Origin: Anaerolineales bacterium
GTDB taxonomy: Bacteria > Chloroflexota > Anaerolineae > Anaerolineales > RBG-16-64-43
Direction: 5' to 3'
NCBI GenBank assembly: GCA_050010135.1
Contig: JBEKLP010000004.1
Span: 2,932 to 66,931 of the forward strand
Length of the DNA: 64,000 nucleotides
Of this stretch, positions 61,119 to 64,000 are shown one piece after another (the first letter of the stretch is position 1; each line of letters starts with the position of its first letter). The notes under the pieces are model-generated. The model had not been told where the DNA came from. It was given only the letters and a program-made list of their open reading frames with translations, and did not search any database. The translations under genes and the position numbers were made by a program.

Positions 61119-62147
61119 ATGAAGGCATTGTTTATCGGCGGTACCGGTCTGATCAGCTCGGCTTGTGTGGAACGCGCCCTCGCCGGAGGATGGGAACTTT
61201 CCCTCCTCAACCGCGGCATTTCGAAAAAGTATCCCGTCCCTCCCGGGGTCAGGCTGCTGCAAGGCGACGTCTATGGAAATCCGGAAGCCCTCCAGACTCT
61301 GTTAAGCGGCCAAACCTTCGATACGGTGGTGGATTGGCTTGCCTTTACACCGGAGGATATCGAGCGCGACCTTGCGCTGTTTCGCGACCGCACCCGGCAG
61401 TTCATCTTCATCAGCTCCGCCAGCGCCTACCAAAGGCCGCCCGCCCATTACCTCATCACCGAGGAAACGCCGCTGGAAAATCCATACTGGGATTATTCGC
61501 GCAACAAAATCGCGTGCGAAATTTGCCTGATGCGCGAGTATCGCGAGCGGCGATTCCCGGTGACGATCGTGCGCCCCTCGCTCACCTACGGGCCTTCGCA
61601 GATTCCGCTCTGCGTCGGTTCGTGGAACCATCCCTATACAGTGATCGACCGGATGAAAAAGGGAAAGCCGGTCATCGTTCCGGGCGACGGAACTTCGTTG
61701 TGGGTTGTGACCTGGAACGCGGACTTCGCCAAAGGGTTTTGCGGATTGATGGGCTTGGAAAAATCCGTCGGGCAGGCGTTTCACATAACCTCCGATGAGG
61801 TCCTGACCTGGGACCAGATTTATATGGAGGCTGGCCGGGCCGCCGGTGTTGAACCCGATATTGTGCACATTCCCTCCGACCTGCTCGCCGCCCACGATCC
61901 GGAGATGACGGGCACGCTGCTGGGGGATAAATCCTACAGCGTGGTCTTCGATAACCGCAAAATCAAATCCTACGTGCCGGATTTTTCCGCGACGGTTCCC
62001 TGGTCGGAAGGTGTCCGCCGAGCCATCGCCTGGCACGAGGCCGATTCCGCGCGGTGCGTCCTCGACGAGGAAGCCAACCGCAAATGGGACGCGCTCCTGG
62101 ATGCGTATCGGCGCGTTTATCCGCAGGCGACCGGTTCTCTTTTATAA
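61119..62147 (+). CDS. NAD-dependent epimerase/dehydratase family protein (SDR)
   Basis: 342 aa. 'ALFIGGTGLISSACVERAL' Rossmann motif, 'FISSASAY', 'YSRNKIACE' (YxxxK). Confidence 0.75.
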   Translation: MKALFIGGTGLISSACVERALAGGWELSLLNRGISKKYPVPPGVRLLQGDVYGNPEALQTLLSGQTFDTVVDWLAFTPEDIERDLALFRDRTRQFIFISSASAYQRPPAHYLITEETPLENPYWDYSRNKIACEICLMREYRERRFPVTIVRPSLTYGPSQIPLCVGSWNHPYTVIDRMKKGKPVIVPGDGTSLWVVTWNADFAKGFCGLMGLEKSVGQAFHITSDEVLTWDQIYMEAGRAAGVEPDIVHIPSDLLAAHDPEMTGTLLGDKSYSVVFDNRKIKSYVPDFSATVPWSEGVRRAIAWHEADSARCVLDEEANRKWDALLDAYRRVYPQATGSLL

Positions 62148-62310
62148 TTGGATAATTGACCATGGATGATGGACGATAGACCATTAGCCGATGGTTTAGC
62201 TTCGCAGGCAATCTGCTAATAAACAGGAAAGCTCACAGATAGGAAACGTCGGCCATAATCCGTGGTCGATTGCCTGAATCTTCCGATGATCCATCCCGGG
62301 GATGTAGTTC

Positions 62311-63375
62311 ATGCGAATTGACCCACAGAAATTTCTCTTCATGGCAGCTCTCGCCGCTACCCTCGCGGCCTGTTCGAAAGCCGGGTCTTCCGCTGTTCCG
62401 ACCTCGGCGCCAACTGCAACCCTGACCGCGATTCCTTCCCCCACCTCGGCCCCATTCGTCCTGCTCATGGCGCCCGATTCGCCAAAACCCGAATCCCAGC
62501 AATTGGCGGTCAAGGCCGTGGAATCGTTTTGTACACAGAAAGGATTGGCGCTGAAACGGATTACTCCCGGGAACGCAGTGCCGGGAGATTATCTGCAGGA
62601 CGCTCCGAGTCTCATCGCCGCCATCGGAACCGGTTTGGGGCAGGCGGTGTACGCCGCGGCGCAGGCCCACCCGGAGATTCGATTCGTCGCCGTCGAGGAA
62701 AGCGGCGTGCAGCCGCTCCCCAATCTGCTCTTGATCGGCGGCGAGAATGTCCGCCTCGATCAGGTGGCGTTTCTGGCGGGAGCGCTGGCCACGGTTGAAA
62801 ATCGAAACGAGTATGTCGGCTGGATCGGCCAGAGCGGCACGGTGAGCGGGACGATCTACCGGAACAGCTTCGTGCACGGCGTCCGCTATACGTGTCCCCG
62901 CTGCCGGTTGTTCGACTTTGAATTGGATCCGTCGGCGGACACGGCGGCAGGGGTCGCCGCCGCCGGGCAGTTGCGGAGCGATTATGTGGACACCGCATCC
63001 GCCGTTCCGGGCACGGCCGGCGACGCGGCACTGATCGATCTGGCCAAACACGGGATCCGTGTGGCGGGAACCCAACCGGATTTTTATTTATCCTTGTTTG
63101 GCGGCGGATCCGGCGATGGGTCGAAATACGTATTGGGAAGTCCGGCTTACCGGCCGGATCTTCTGTTGGCGGATTTGCTGCCGCGATACCTTGGCGGCGA
63201 AAAGTTCACCGATGCCGTGGCTTACAGTCTGGAAAATCACAGTTTGGAGTACGCCTCCTTTCCCAACGATTGGATATCCTCCGGCCGGCAGGTTTATCTG
63301 CAACAGGTTATCAGCGATTTGGCCTCCGGCCGGTTGGATATCGGCGTGGATCCGAAAACCGGCGCGGAAACTTAA
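62311..63375 (+). CDS. Lipoprotein, BMP-family (Med/PnrA-like) substrate-binding protein candidate
   Basis: Signal peptide with lipobox 'LAATLAAC|S'. 'FVAVEE', 'QVAFLAGALATVENRNEYVGWIGQ' and 'FVHGVRY' resemble BMP-family blocks. Confidence 0.5.
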   Translation: MRIDPQKFLFMAALAATLAACSKAGSSAVPTSAPTATLTAIPSPTSAPFVLLMAPDSPKPESQQLAVKAVESFCTQKGLALKRITPGNAVPGDYLQDAPSLIAAIGTGLGQAVYAAAQAHPEIRFVAVEESGVQPLPNLLLIGGENVRLDQVAFLAGALATVENRNEYVGWIGQSGTVSGTIYRNSFVHGVRYTCPRCRLFDFELDPSADTAAGVAAAGQLRSDYVDTASAVPGTAGDAALIDLAKHGIRVAGTQPDFYLSLFGGGSGDGSKYVLGSPAYRPDLLLADLLPRYLGGEKFTDAVAYSLENHSLEYASFPNDWISSGRQVYLQQVISDLASGRLDIGVDPKTGAET

Positions 63376-63395
63376 TCCACCCTGCGGCGAAACAT

Positions 63396-64000
63396 ATGGC
63401 GATCCCCCGACAGATTATTTTCGACCTGGACGATACGATCCTGGATTATTCCGCGCCCGCTGAAAGGGTTTGGACGGAACTCTATCCCGTCTATGCCCGC
63501 AAGGCAGGGGTCCCGGTCGAACGGTTGCAACGGGCTGTGGAAGAAAGCCGGCGGTGGTATTGGTCCGATATGGATCGATTTCGCGAGGGCAGACTCAATC
63601 TGCAACAGGCGCGCCGCATTTTCGTCCGCGCCGGGTTTGAAAAACTCGGTTTGAACAACGCAGCCCTGGCCGACGCAATGGCGGATTCCTTTTCGCGGGA
63701 ACGCGAGATTGCGGTGCAGCCCTTTGACGGAGCCATCGAGGCGTTGGAATTCCTCAAAGCCGACGGCGCGACCATGGTGCTGCTCACCAACGGCGAAGCA
63801 TCCATACAAAGGGCGAAAATCGTTCGCTTTGATTTGGACCGGTTTTTCCAAGCAGTGCTGATTGAGAGCGAGCTCGGGGTGGGCAAGCCGGATCCATCAG
63901 CCTATCAAACCGCGCTTTCCTCGCTCAGCGCGGCGCCGGAACAGATCTGGATGGTTGGGGACGATCTGGAGTTCGACATCCGGCCCGCGAAAGGGTTGGG
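63396..64000 (+). CDS. HAD-superfamily hydrolase (partial, runs off the 3' end of the window)
   Basis: Own translation from ATG 63396: 'MAIPRQIIFDLDDTILD' (motif I DxDxT), 'MVLLTNG' (motif II), 'GVGKPDP' (motif III), 'MVGDDLEFDI' (motif IV). No stop codon before the window end, so it is absent from the ORF track. Confidence 0.8.
   Translation, partial: MAIPRQIIFDLDDTILDYSAPAERVWTELYPVYARKAGVPVERLQRAVEESRRWYWSDMDRFREGRLNLQQARRIFVRAGFEKLGLNNAALADAMADSFSREREIAVQPFDGAIEALEFLKADGATMVLLTNGEASIQRAKIVRFDLDRFFQAVLIESELGVGKPDPSAYQTALSSLSAAPEQIWMVGDDLEFDIRPAKGL

Noticed and set aside
62251-62276. 'ggccataatccgtgg' upstream of the BMP lipoprotein resembles the 'UAUAAUCGCGUGG' start of purine riboswitches.
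   Set aside because: The rest of the conserved purine-riboswitch core (the 'GUUUCUAC' junction and the P2/P3 loop-loop motifs) is absent.

Overview
High-GC bacterial chromosomal window. Sampled 60-nt lines run roughly 60-72% G+C, with a few islands at 40-50%. All ~50 confidently called genes lie on the + strand. Positions ~139-51,671 form one very large, tightly packed cell-envelope glycan biosynthesis supercluster with at least 15 start/stop overlaps of the ATGA/GTGA type. Its content is: GDP-fucose synthesis (gmd, fcl); a Wzm/Wzt ABC exporter whose Wzt carries a C-terminal extension; a nucleotide-sugar dehydrogenase plus a UXS/ArnA-like SDR; 8 GT4, 3 GT2 and 2 GT61/DUF563 glycosyltransferases; a low-GC fucosyltransferase-like gene; two uncharacterised paralogues sharing an 'HQNHxYxHHPQG' motif; 2 CE4 deacetylases; 3 methyltransferases; 2 acyltransferase-like genes; and two different initiating phosphoglycosyltransferases (a WecA/MraY type with a 170-aa C-terminal extension, and a WbaP type). 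Most unusually, it also holds eight 540-730-aa polytopic membrane proteins in paralogous groups, three of them in tandem, that look like GT-C-type extracytoplasmic glycosyltransferases. I could not recognise a Wzx flippase, Wzy polymerase, PCP/Wzz, OPX or ligase. Three gene-fragment remnants and several low-GC islands indicate mosaic evolution of the locus. The cluster ends at a clear intrinsic terminator (51,628-51,671). Downstream are ordinary genes: GH5 hydrolase, PPOX-family protein, PcrA/UvrD helicase, GalE, FtsK, a small membrane protein, an SDR, a BMP-type lipoprotein and a partial HAD hydrolase. They are separated by REP-like palindromic repeat elements. I found no rRNA, tRNA, CRISPR array, transposase or integrase. 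All functional calls come from motif recognition in the supplied translations; no database search was possible.
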